Assembly (NCBI GenBank): GCA_035656615.1
Contig: DASRSF010000262.1
Span: 1 to 37,171 of the forward strand
DNA from: Vulcanimicrobiaceae bacterium
GTDB lineage: Bacteria; Vulcanimicrobiota; Vulcanimicrobiia; Vulcanimicrobiales; Vulcanimicrobiaceae
DNA length: 37,171 nt
Direction: 5' to 3'
Shown here: piece by piece, positions 24,319-32,032 of the stretch
How positions within the stretch are numbered: the stretch's first letter is position 1
Layout of the letters: every line of letters begins with the position of its first letter
The notes under the pieces: generated by a model
What the model was told of the DNA's origin: nothing
Databases searched by the model: none
Seen by the model: only the letters and a program-made list of their open reading frames with translations
Made by a program: the position numbers and the translations under genes

Positions 24319-25122
24319 ATGACTGTAGGAATTATCGGCCTGGGCACCATTGGAACCGCAATCGCAGCGGGGCTGCACGGGGCGCAACCGGGGCATACAG
24401 TGCTCGCTACCACGCGCACGGCACGAAGGGCTCCCGCGTTCGCGCAGTTCTGCCGGACGAACGCGGATCTCGTTCGCTGCAGCCAAACCCTGCTGCTCTG
24501 CGTCAAGCCGCAGCAAATACCCGCGATATTGAAAGAAATTGCTCCGCACGTACGGGCTGACCAACTCGTCATCTCCACTTGTGCGGGCGTAGCGCTCGAC
24601 CGCTTCACGTCTGAGCTCTCCACACCCAATATCGTTCGCGCCATGCCGAACGTGCCCATTGAAATTAATGCCGGCGTCACGGCGCTTGCCTTTTCCGAAT
24701 CGTGCGAGGAGCGGCAGCGGGAAGAAGCCATCGCACTATTTCGTCACATCGGCGAGGTGGTGCAGGTCGAAGAGCGGCATTTCGATGCGGTAACGGCAAT
24801 CAGCGGCTGCGGGCCGGCGTACGTTTGCGTCATTATCGAAGCGCTTACCGATGCGGGGGTTCAGCAAGGCTTGCCGCGCGAGACGGCGCGTTTACTGGTT
24901 ACGCAGACGCTCTTGGGATCCGCAAAGTTCGTGCTGCAATCGCACTTGCATCCGGCGCAAATTCGTGACCGCGTTACCACACCCGCCGGCTGCACCATCG
25001 ACGCGCTCACCGCTCTGGAGGACGGAAAAGTGCGTCATTCGTTGATCACCGCGGTCGCCATCGCAACCGCCAAAAGTTCGCAACTTACCGGGAGAGGGCC
25101 GGGTGAGGTTACGGCTGGTTGA
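24319..25122 (+). CDS. proC: Pyrroline-5-carboxylate reductase
   Basis: The ORF 23869..25122 was trimmed to the ATG at 24319, giving MTVGIIGLGTIGTAIA (Rossmann). Further motifs are VRAMPNVP, SGCGPAYV and VTTPAGCTI. The 150 upstream codons are Arg-rich with no domain. Confidence 0.88.
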   Translation: MTVGIIGLGTIGTAIAAGLHGAQPGHTVLATTRTARRAPAFAQFCRTNADLVRCSQTLLLCVKPQQIPAILKEIAPHVRADQLVISTCAGVALDRFTSELSTPNIVRAMPNVPIEINAGVTALAFSESCEERQREEAIALFRHIGEVVQVEERHFDAVTAISGCGPAYVCVIIEALTDAGVQQGLPRETARLLVTQTLLGSAKFVLQSHLHPAQIRDRVTTPAGCTIDALTALEDGKVRHSLITAVAIATAKSSQLTGRGPGEVTAG

Positions 25123-27499
25123 AACTCAAGCCCGCCGTGATGGTACGTCCCGCGGAGAAGTGGTTGCCTTGTGCATTCTGCAGCGTAATGTAATAACGGT
25201 CGTTCAGGATGTTGCCGATCCGCACCATGACTGCGGCATGAGGCGTTAACGCAAAGCCTTTCTCGGCATCCAGAACGATGTGCGGGGTGTACTTGCAGAA
25301 ACCCGGAACCGTCGGCGCGCAAGCGGCCGAGGATAACCCGCTGCCGTACTCGCCGGCGAAAGACCACCACCCGCCCCGCGTATCGCTCGCAATCAATCCT
25401 GCGGTGGCGCCCCAGCGCTGCTCGTGATCGGCCGGCGTCCAATCCGTCGGCGAACCGAAACAGGGTGCGAGTAATTGTGTTTCGCACCCTTTGTTCACCG
25501 AGTACGTGTGATTGAAGGAAGCATAGAAACGGCCATTGCGCTCCAGGGGTAATTGGTAGTACGCCGTTTGCGTGGCAATGCGCCCGACTTGATAGTTGAT
25601 GTCCTGATGCAGATTCGTAACCCCGACTTGCGTGTCGTCGATCAAATCGGTCGCGTTCTTTTGCGAGATACGGATTCCGAGGTCACCGGTTCCCATCGGC
25701 AAATGGCCGCCGATCTCGTAGACAGAATCCCGTTGCGGGCGCAAATCGAACTGCGCAACTTGTGGCTGCAGCGGAAGGTTGAGCAGCTGCGCGGCCGTCG
25801 GGGAGACGTTTTGAAATGAGAACGGCGTGAAGAAACGCCCGTAATAGGCGTATACCGATGCGCGCTCCCCGAAAAAGCGAGTGAATTTGAAGCGCGGACT
25901 GAATTGCGAGGCACCGTAGCGGAACTGCGGGGAAAACAGCTGGAACGCATCCGCTCGCAGACCATAGTCCACTTCGTAGCGTGGGTCGAGTCTCCAACTG
26001 TCCTGTACGTATGCTGTCTCCGTGTGCCCGACGTTGGGAGCATTGTCGGTAACGGTGTACGGCGCGTTCGGCGTGGCGGGACTGTAGATAGGCGCGAGAA
26101 AGTTGTTCGGCTGCAGCGTGATCTCGTACGATTTCGGCACGAGCGTAAAGTCGTATGACGATCCGGCGCCCACCGTATGCTTTTGCAGTTGCACCGTATA
26201 ATCGGCGTTAAACGCCCCGTCCGTCGCCGTGGAATAGCCGCTCAGTGAATACCCGCACGTTGTCAGACCGAAGTTTCCGCTCGCCAGCGCATCCGCGCAG
26301 TCCGTTGGTGAACCGCCGTTTGCGATGTTGATGTTCTCGCCGTAGATAAAGTCGTTTGCCGGGTCCCCGAACTCCTGAATCTTCGAACGTTTGAAAGACG
26401 GTCCGAATGCGAGCATGCCGTTGGCTCCGATTGCGTGGCGGTACTGCAAAGCGGCAAAGGTGTCGTCTTGCGTCTCACTATCGTCGGTGTTTGCCGGCTC
26501 GCCGCCTGCTAAGTCATTGGGAATCTGATACGTCTGGAGCGAGTGGCTCAGCGTCACATTCAGATAGTCGCTTTTGGACGTCGGCATCGTGAAGCGCAAA
26601 AATTCGTTCGTATTGCTCGCGTCGTTGTGTGGTGAGCTGGCCTGCGGCGGATCGAGCCCGCGCGCGGTACGCGTGGCATGAAAGGCCGCTACGATGTTTC
26701 CCGCGCCGATCGGACTGTGGTACTCGAGTGATGAGTCGACCGTTGCGTACGAGCCCGCCTGCGCGTATCCCGCAAAGCCGGGCGGTTCACCGGCGCCGGA
26801 TCGCGTGCCGATGTTCACGACGGCCGCAAAGCGCCCGCCATACTGCGCCGGATATGCGCCCTCGAGTACGTCGACGAATGCGGCATTGGAGATGTCGAAC
26901 TCGGTGCCGATCTGCCGGTTCAGTTCTTGTGGTATCGATACGCCGTCGACAAAGTAATTGATGTCACCGTGATCGCCGTTGATGTGCACGACGCCGTTTG
27001 CCCCGCGTGCGGAGCCCGGCAGTTGCAACAGTAAGTTCGGAAAGGTTGTCGAGGCGGGCGAATGCGAAAGCACGGTAGTGTTCAGCGTGAGATCCGTGCC
27101 GGAGCCGCGCACCGGCGGTGCAGAGCCTTGCCGTACGACAATCGAGCGGATCGTCGTGATACGGGCAAGCATCAGCCGTACGCTCGTGCCCTGCGAAGTC
27201 AGTTCGACGACCTGCGTTGCGTGCAGCGGACCCTTACGAGCGGAAATCTGATATTCGCCCACCCCGAGCGTCGAAAAGCGAAAGTACCCGGCGCCGTCGG
27301 TCGTGGTGGAGACCGTAATGTTTTGGCCGCTTACGTCAACGCGGGCGCCGGCTACGGGCGCGGAACTCTCGTCCTGGACAACGCCGCTAAGCTGCGAAGG
27401 CGTCGCAGCCAGGCTGCCGATGGGCAAGCAACAGGAAAGGGCAAGCGCGAACGCCCCAGCGCGCCAACGAGTGCAATTTGAGAACGGTTCGCAAAACAT
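25109..27499 (-). CDS. TonB-dependent receptor with an N-terminal carboxypeptidase-regulatory-like domain (Oar-like)
   Basis: 796 aa with a signal peptide. The CarboxypepD_reg module is SGVVQDESSAPVAGARVDVSG...TTDGAGYFRFSTLGVGEYQISA. The plug region is LLLQLPGSARGANGVVHINGDHGDINYFVDGVSI...AQYGGRFAAVVNI. A long beta-barrel follows. Its 3' end overlaps the proC 3' end by 14 nt. Confidence 0.85.
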   Translation of the reverse strand: MFCEPFSNCTRWRAGAFALALSCCLPIGSLAATPSQLSGVVQDESSAPVAGARVDVSGQNITVSTTTDGAGYFRFSTLGVGEYQISARKGPLHATQVVELTSQGTSVRLMLARITTIRSIVVRQGSAPPVRGSGTDLTLNTTVLSHSPASTTFPNLLLQLPGSARGANGVVHINGDHGDINYFVDGVSIPQELNRQIGTEFDISNAAFVDVLEGAYPAQYGGRFAAVVNIGTRSGAGEPPGFAGYAQAGSYATVDSSLEYHSPIGAGNIVAAFHATRTARGLDPPQASSPHNDASNTNEFLRFTMPTSKSDYLNVTLSHSLQTYQIPNDLAGGEPANTDDSETQDDTFAALQYRHAIGANGMLAFGPSFKRSKIQEFGDPANDFIYGENINIANGGSPTDCADALASGNFGLTTCGYSLSGYSTATDGAFNADYTVQLQKHTVGAGSSYDFTLVPKSYEITLQPNNFLAPIYSPATPNAPYTVTDNAPNVGHTETAYVQDSWRLDPRYEVDYGLRADAFQLFSPQFRYGASQFSPRFKFTRFFGERASVYAYYGRFFTPFSFQNVSPTAAQLLNLPLQPQVAQFDLRPQRDSVYEIGGHLPMGTGDLGIRISQKNATDLIDDTQVGVTNLHQDINYQVGRIATQTAYYQLPLERNGRFYASFNHTYSVNKGCETQLLAPCFGSPTDWTPADHEQRWGATAGLIASDTRGGWWSFAGEYGSGLSSAACAPTVPGFCKYTPHIVLDAEKGFALTPHAAVMVRIGNILNDRYYITLQNAQGNHFSAGRTITAGLSFNQP

Positions 27500-27519
27500 G
27501 ATTTGCGAATGATTCTCAA
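27478..27519. promoter_or_regulatory. Two Fur-family-like inverted-repeat boxes flanking the TonB-dependent receptor start codon
   Basis: Box A is TTGAGAACGGTTCGCAA (27478-27494) and box B is TTGCGAATGATTCTCAA (27503-27519). Both fit TTGnGAA-N3-TTCnCAA. The core of box B, TGCGAAT-g-ATTCTCA, resembles the Fur 7-1-7 consensus TGATAAT-n-ATTATCA. The two boxes are reverse complements of each other at 17 of 20 positions. Confidence 0.5.
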
Positions 27520-27562
27520 ATGGCCGCGGGGCCCCTGCCGCCTCGACGGGTAGACTTCCCCC

Positions 27563-27808
27563 ATGACCCTAGCAGACGCGGCCCCCTATTTCGGCAAACG
27601 AGTAACCGTTATTACGCGGCCGCCTTCGTCAAGCTCAGGCCCCGGCCATTATGACGGGGTCCTGGAGCGCATCGACAACGACCCCCAGCACGTGTACCTC
27701 CAGCCGCTCATCCCCGGCGCACCGCAACCGCCATACCGCCGGCACGGCCCAGGCGCCCACACCAACGCCATACCGCTCAACGAGATCCGCGAAATTCGAC
27801 CCCTCTAA
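27563..27808 (+). CDS. Small hypothetical protein (possible Sm/DUF2642-like fold)
   Basis: 81 aa. FGKRVTVITR...YDGVLERIDNDPQHVYLQP...IPLNEIREIRPL loosely fits an Sm-like beta-barrel pattern, with a Pro/Gly-rich insert. The call is weak. Confidence 0.35.
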   Translation: MTLADAAPYFGKRVTVITRPPSSSSGPGHYDGVLERIDNDPQHVYLQPLIPGAPQPPYRRHGPGAHTNAIPLNEIREIRPL

Positions 27809-28512
27809 TTCTTGAAACGGTAGAGCGCTGCGGGGCGATAGGCAGTTCCGCTGCGGCGCTTTCCGGTGTCCTCGATCAAGTTCGAGGCAAGCATCTTGCG
27901 GCGAAAGGAATCCTTATTCAGTTTGCGGCCGAGCACGGCTTCGTGGATGTGCTGCAATTCGAACAAGGTGAACTCGTCGGCCAGGAGTTCAAAGCCGATT
28001 TGCGCATAGTTGAGCTTGCCCCGGATGCGCTGGACGGCCAAGCCGATGATCCGGTCATGATCGAACGCAATTTTCAATTTCTTGCCGTTTGCGTTTCGAA
28101 CGAGGATGGGTCCGCCGCGTTGTCCATCCCAGGGCACCTCGATGTAGCCGATCGCAGCGCCGGTGTTACGACTGATGGCCGCAACGAAGCGGCCTTCAGG
28201 AATGAGCGCGTAATAGGCGACGCTGATGATGCGTCCGCGCGGGTCGCGTTTGAGCGCACCGAATGTGAAGAGTTGCTCCAGGAACACATCGCCGGCGATG
28301 CCCGCCTTGTCGGCAAGTGCGCGCGCGGCCGCATCCTCGAGCGACTCATGACGCCCCACGAAAACACCGGGTAGAGCCCAGCCTCCTTTGAACGGCTCCT
28401 TGTCGCGTTGCGCGAGCAACGTCAGCAGCGATCCGTCGGAGCCGATCGACAGCAAGACGACATCGACGGTGACCTCGGGCAGGAAGCGTTCCGTAAAGGC
28501 TGCGTCGTCCAT
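27805..28512 (-). CDS. nrtR: NrtR-type Nudix-related transcriptional regulator of NAD metabolism
   Basis: The ORF 27805..28764 was trimmed to the ATG (complement of 28510-28512), giving MDDAAFTERF..., 20 nt after the nadV stop. The Nudix box is degenerate (GRHESLEDAAARALADKAGI, with RALADK in place of REUxEE). The C-terminal winged helix (FTLFELQHIHEAVLGRKLNKDSFRRKM...YRF) is typical of NrtR. It is adjacent to nadV. Confidence 0.75.
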   Translation of the reverse strand: MDDAAFTERFLPEVTVDVVLLSIGSDGSLLTLLAQRDKEPFKGGWALPGVFVGRHESLEDAAARALADKAGIAGDVFLEQLFTFGALKRDPRGRIISVAYYALIPEGRFVAAISRNTGAAIGYIEVPWDGQRGGPILVRNANGKKLKIAFDHDRIIGLAVQRIRGKLNYAQIGFELLADEFTLFELQHIHEAVLGRKLNKDSFRRKMLASNLIEDTGKRRSGTAYRPAALYRFKN

Positions 28513-28532
28513 AGTCAGGGCACCGGGCAGCT

Positions 28533-29933
28533 TCAAGCGCTCGCGAACATGCATGAAGCATCCGACTGCGCGGCGCGCTCGCGAATCGTTGTGAGCGACT
28601 GGTCGATAAGGAGTTCGCCATTGCGCAACACCGGGCGCAAAAGGTTTTCGCGTGCTCCGAGCTCTTCGAGACGAACGGTTTGCAAGTCCGAAGTGAGCGC
28701 GAGGCGGCCGGCCTTGGAGCGTTTGCTCATGTCCCCTTTCGGCGATTTGAACACATCGATCCACTGACCGTTGATCATCGCTGCCGAAACTTTCATCGCG
28801 AACTTCATGGTATCGCGATTGACCTTTTGTAAAAGTCCGCCGCCCATTCCGTACGCGCAGTTCTCGGCGCTAAAGCCCGCTTTCAAAATCGCCTCCCCAG
28901 TCGAAGCGATCGTCGAAAGTTCCATGCCGTCGCCTTGTATGACACGCACGGACGGAGCGAGCACGAGATACCCTTTCTGATTTTTAGTCGCGCCAAAGTT
29001 GCGCGCAAGCGACGCGAGCACCCGAGGTACGACGTCCTTCGGGTCTCCGGAATCGGGCCGGACGACAAGGGTAGCTCCGCTATTGACGATCTTCTCACGC
29101 AGTTGCCGGCCGATGATCTCCTCAACCGCATAATCGATGTCGTAGCTGTCGGCCACGATAGCAAATACCTTACCCGGCTGCGCGAAGTGGTCGATCATGT
29201 TTTCAAAGGCGCGTGCTTCGCCGTCGCGGCCCCAGGCGGTTACGGTGGAATGCTCCATCGCAGGAATCGAGTATCCGGCCATAGGTTCGTGATAATACTG
29301 CGCCGCGTACGTGAGCGCGGCAACCGTGTCCGTTCCAAGGAAGTTCACGAGGTGAGCGAGCCCGCCGATTGCCGCGCTTTCGTACGAAGAGACGCCGCGA
29401 GCGCCGAAGTCGTGCAGCCTGAAGGGAATGACCGCAGCTGGGTCATCGCACGACCGGTCGAGTTGTTCCATGATACTACGCTTCGCGGTCGCACTGAGCG
29501 TGCAAACGGTCGTCGGATACCATAGCCGAAGCAGTGAGGTTTCGATGAACGCCGGTAACCACGCAAACTCCGGGTCCGTGTTCACAATCTGCGCCAACAC
29601 GTTGCCCGCCGGCACATCCACGCCTTCCGGAACGGCCTCAATCTGGACGGGGAGCAATCCGTGGTGCTTCTCGACGATTCGCATCCACCCGGCGTGGTTG
29701 TACGGTAGTCCATGCTGCGTTGCAATGCTTGCGCCTTCCTCGACCTGTTCAACGGTGACGGGCCGCAGGAAATGCTGCTTTATCAGGCCTTGAAGTCCGA
29801 AGAAGCGTGCAAACGGAAAATCGCCGCCGCGTGATTCGATGTACGAGCTGATGTGGGTCGTACCGCTGGGCAATTGCGCGTAGTGCGAGTATTTATAGCT
29901 GTCGGTGTCGAGGATAAGGTTGTAGTTGTTCAA
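28533..29933 (-). CDS. nadV: Nicotinamide phosphoribosyltransferase
   Basis: 466 aa with a TTG start that has AAGGAG 7 nt upstream. NLILDTDSYKYSH, HDFGARG and VVRPDSGDP are NAMPT/NadV hallmarks. Confidence 0.9.
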   Translation of the reverse strand: MNNYNLILDTDSYKYSHYAQLPSGTTHISSYIESRGGDFPFARFFGLQGLIKQHFLRPVTVEQVEEGASIATQHGLPYNHAGWMRIVEKHHGLLPVQIEAVPEGVDVPAGNVLAQIVNTDPEFAWLPAFIETSLLRLWYPTTVCTLSATAKRSIMEQLDRSCDDPAAVIPFRLHDFGARGVSSYESAAIGGLAHLVNFLGTDTVAALTYAAQYYHEPMAGYSIPAMEHSTVTAWGRDGEARAFENMIDHFAQPGKVFAIVADSYDIDYAVEEIIGRQLREKIVNSGATLVVRPDSGDPKDVVPRVLASLARNFGATKNQKGYLVLAPSVRVIQGDGMELSTIASTGEAILKAGFSAENCAYGMGGGLLQKVNRDTMKFAMKVSAAMINGQWIDVFKSPKGDMSKRSKAGRLALTSDLQTVRLEELGARENLLRPVLRNGELLIDQSLTTIRERAAQSDASCMFASA

Positions 29934-30131
29934 TGCACGACTCCTTACGCGGCTGCCGTCATGGTCAGGATGATATGGGCATCATCCCACCAGCAGCAGA
30001 ACGTAGTCGCAGACGTTCAGGGGCTCGCGCACGACCTTCATGTGTCCGAAGTGAAAAGGCTGGAATCGCCCTACGAATATCGGGCAGTCGTCCCGCGCGG
30101 CGCCGCATCATCTCTAATCATATCTCCAGAT

Positions 30132-30161
30132 AGCATATATGCCTTAAGGCATATAAGTCAA
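30132..30161 (-). promoter_or_regulatory. Leftward sigma-70-like promoter (toward nadV-nrtR) with a perfect 20-bp palindromic operator in its spacer
   Basis: On the minus strand, the -35 is TTGACT (30156-30161), the spacer is 18 nt and the -10 is TATGCT (30132-30137). The palindrome TATATGCCTTAAGGCATATA occupies 30136-30155. This is an AT-rich island in a GC-rich context. Confidence 0.5.
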
Positions 30162-30182
30162 GGCAAGGCGCTCGCTCTCCCC

Positions 30183-30211
30183 TTGCGTGGGGTGCTTGCG
30201 GAGCGTATAGT
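30183..30211 (+). promoter_or_regulatory. Pmra-like sigma-70 promoter of the dcw cluster
   Basis: TTGCGT (30183-30188), a 17-nt spacer, then TATAGT (30206-30211), about 40 nt upstream of the mraZ start. Confidence 0.6.
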
Positions 30212-30238
30212 GGTGCAAAGTGGTGCAAAGTGGTGACT
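30209..30238 (+). promoter_or_regulatory. MraZ operator: three tandem 10-nt direct repeats
   Basis: AGTGGTGCAA, AGTGGTGCAA, AGTGGTGACT with a 10-bp period, overlapping the -10 box and the likely transcription start. Direct GTGG-type repeats spaced by one helical turn upstream of mraZ are the known MraZ binding architecture. Confidence 0.7.
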
Positions 30239-30251
30239 GAGGGAGGACAAC

Positions 30252-30695
30252 TTGCACGCGGAGCTGCCGCGCTTTACGGGGTCGGTCGAGCATGCCCTTG
30301 ACGACAAGGGTCGCCTCATCGTGCCCGCGCGGTACCGCGAGCGGCTTGGAACAGGTTTCATTCTAACAATAGCTCCGCCCGAACCGTGTCTGGCGTTGTA
30401 CCCGGAGCCGGCCTGGGCGGAGTTCTGTAAACGGCTTGAAACCGCGCCGCGAAAGGACTTGGAGTTCCGGCGCTTCGTCCGTCACGTCTTTGCCCACACG
30501 GAAGAGGTCGCGTGCGACGCACAAGGACGGCTCCTCATTCCCGGGCCGCTGCGCACGTATGCGAGCATCGATCGGGAGGTGATCTCGATCGGCTCGTTCA
30601 CGCGTGTGGAGATTTGGGCGAAGGAGCAGTACGCCGGGCACGCGGCTCCGGAAGGACAGGTCGCGGATTTCATGGCGGAGCTGGGACTGTACTGA
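30252..30695 (+). CDS. mraZ: Transcriptional regulator MraZ
   Basis: TTG start with GGGAGGA 4 nt upstream. There are two MraZ/SpoVT-AbrB repeats (LDDKGRLIVPARYR and CDAQGRLLIPGPLR). Confidence 0.9.
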   Translation: MHAELPRFTGSVEHALDDKGRLIVPARYRERLGTGFILTIAPPEPCLALYPEPAWAEFCKRLETAPRKDLEFRRFVRHVFAHTEEVACDAQGRLLIPGPLRTYASIDREVISIGSFTRVEIWAKEQYAGHAAPEGQVADFMAELGLY

Positions 30696-30710
30696 TGCCG
30701 GAGTGGATCG

Positions 30711-31586
30711 ATGGAAGAGCATATCCCGGTTTTGTACGAGCCGGCGCTGGAATATTTGGCGATCCGGCCGGGCGGGATCTATGTCGATGCGACGTTTGGC
30801 GCGGGCGGCCACAGCCGTGGAATCTTGGAGCGCTTATCGACTGGCCGGCTCATTGCACTCGATGCCGATCCGTCGGCCGCGGACCGCGCGGCGCGCATTA
30901 CCGGCTCCGCTTTCACGTTCGTGCCTTCCAACTTCCGCGCTCTTGGAGCGGTGCTGGACCGACTGGGGATCGACCTGGTCGACGGCATCCTTTACGACTT
31001 GGGAGTCTCGTCCATGCAGTTTGATGATCCGGCGCGCGGTTTTTCGTTTCGCGAGCGCGCCAGCCTCGACATGCGGATGGATCCGCGAAGCGGCGTCAGC
31101 GCTTACGACATCCTCATGCGCGCAAGCGAGTCCGAATTAGCGGATATCTTTTTCTACTACGGCCAGGAACGGGCGGCGCGCAGGATCGCGCGCGTCATCG
31201 TGGAGCGACGGACGGCGGGGGCGTTGCCCACCACGACGGTGGAGTTCGGCCGAATGATCAGCGGCCTGCTGCACCGCAAAGGTCAGCGCGAACGCTTGCA
31301 TCCGGCTACGCGGGTGTTTCAGGCGCTGCGCATCGCGGTCAACGACGAATTGGACGCGCTGCGCGAGGGTTTGGATGACGCAGTGGGCCGGCTGTGCGGT
31401 GCGGGACGAATCGTAGCGATCAGCTTTCACTCCTTGGAAGATCGTATCGTCAAGCATAAGTTCCGCGATGACCAGCGGCTGGAGGTACTTACCCGTAAGC
31501 CCGTTATCGCGGACGAAACCGAGATCGCGCGCAATCCTCGCGCGCGTAGCGCCAAACTGCGCGCAGCGCAACGGAAGGTCGGCTAA
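30711..31586 (+). CDS. rsmH: 16S rRNA (cytosine1402-N4)-methyltransferase
   Basis: Motifs HIPVL, DATFGAGGHS, DLGVSSMQFD, ISFHSLEDR and NPRARSAKLR. Confidence 0.93.
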   Translation: MEEHIPVLYEPALEYLAIRPGGIYVDATFGAGGHSRGILERLSTGRLIALDADPSAADRAARITGSAFTFVPSNFRALGAVLDRLGIDLVDGILYDLGVSSMQFDDPARGFSFRERASLDMRMDPRSGVSAYDILMRASESELADIFFYYGQERAARRIARVIVERRTAGALPTTTVEFGRMISGLLHRKGQRERLHPATRVFQALRIAVNDELDALREGLDDAVGRLCGAGRIVAISFHSLEDRIVKHKFRDDQRLEVLTRKPVIADETEIARNPRARSAKLRAAQRKVG

Positions 31587-32029
31587 TGATCGCCACTTTG
31601 GTCAAACCCGCCGAGCGAGGTCCGCAGACCACGCGCAACCCCCGCACCGCTCGCGGTGCGGCGCAGCGCCGCATCTCGCGCAAAGATCGCGCACGTTACG
31701 TGGCGTTATTCCGTTTCTGCGGCGTTTTGATGGTAGCACTCTGCCTGGTCATGACCTACGTCATGTTGACGGCGCGTCTGACGAGCCTGAATTACGCCGT
31801 CGGCCGCGCGCAGCGCGAACGGATAGCACTGCTGGCGGACTCCGCTCGCCTTGACGATCGTTTGGCGGTTTTGCGTTCCGATGACCGTCTGGCTTGGGTT
31901 GCCGCACGTTTGCGCATGCAAGATCCGCAGCAATTTGCGATAGTGACCATGCCGCCGCAGGTACGGCGGCCCGAACCCTCACACTTGGCATTTCTCGCCG
32001 GTTTGGCGAGTATTTTCGGCGCGAAATAG
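31586..32029 (+). CDS. ftsL: FtsL-like cell-division protein
   Basis: 147 aa with a basic N-terminus, one TM helix (FRFCGVLMVALCLVMTYVML) and a coiled-coil or leucine-rich segment. It sits in the canonical position between rsmH and the PBP gene, with a TAATG overlap. Confidence 0.7.
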   Translation: MIATLVKPAERGPQTTRNPRTARGAAQRRISRKDRARYVALFRFCGVLMVALCLVMTYVMLTARLTSLNYAVGRAQRERIALLADSARLDDRLAVLRSDDRLAWVAARLRMQDPQQFAIVTMPPQVRRPEPSHLAFLAGLASIFGAK

Positions 32030-32032
32030 ACG

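Noticed and set aside
29934-30131. NAD+ riboswitch (nadA or pnuC motif) or a small ORF in the roughly 190-nt nadV leader.
   Set aside because: I could not recognise the conserved riboswitch cores. The only minus-strand reading frames here are 5-48 codons of Arg-rich or trivial sequence (MTAAA*, MKVVREPLNVCDYVLLLVG*). This needs cmscan to settle.
30209-30238. Tandem 10-nt repeats as a possible CRISPR array or minisatellite.
   Set aside because: There are only three contiguous units, with no spacers, lying directly between a promoter and mraZ. They are explained as an MraZ operator.
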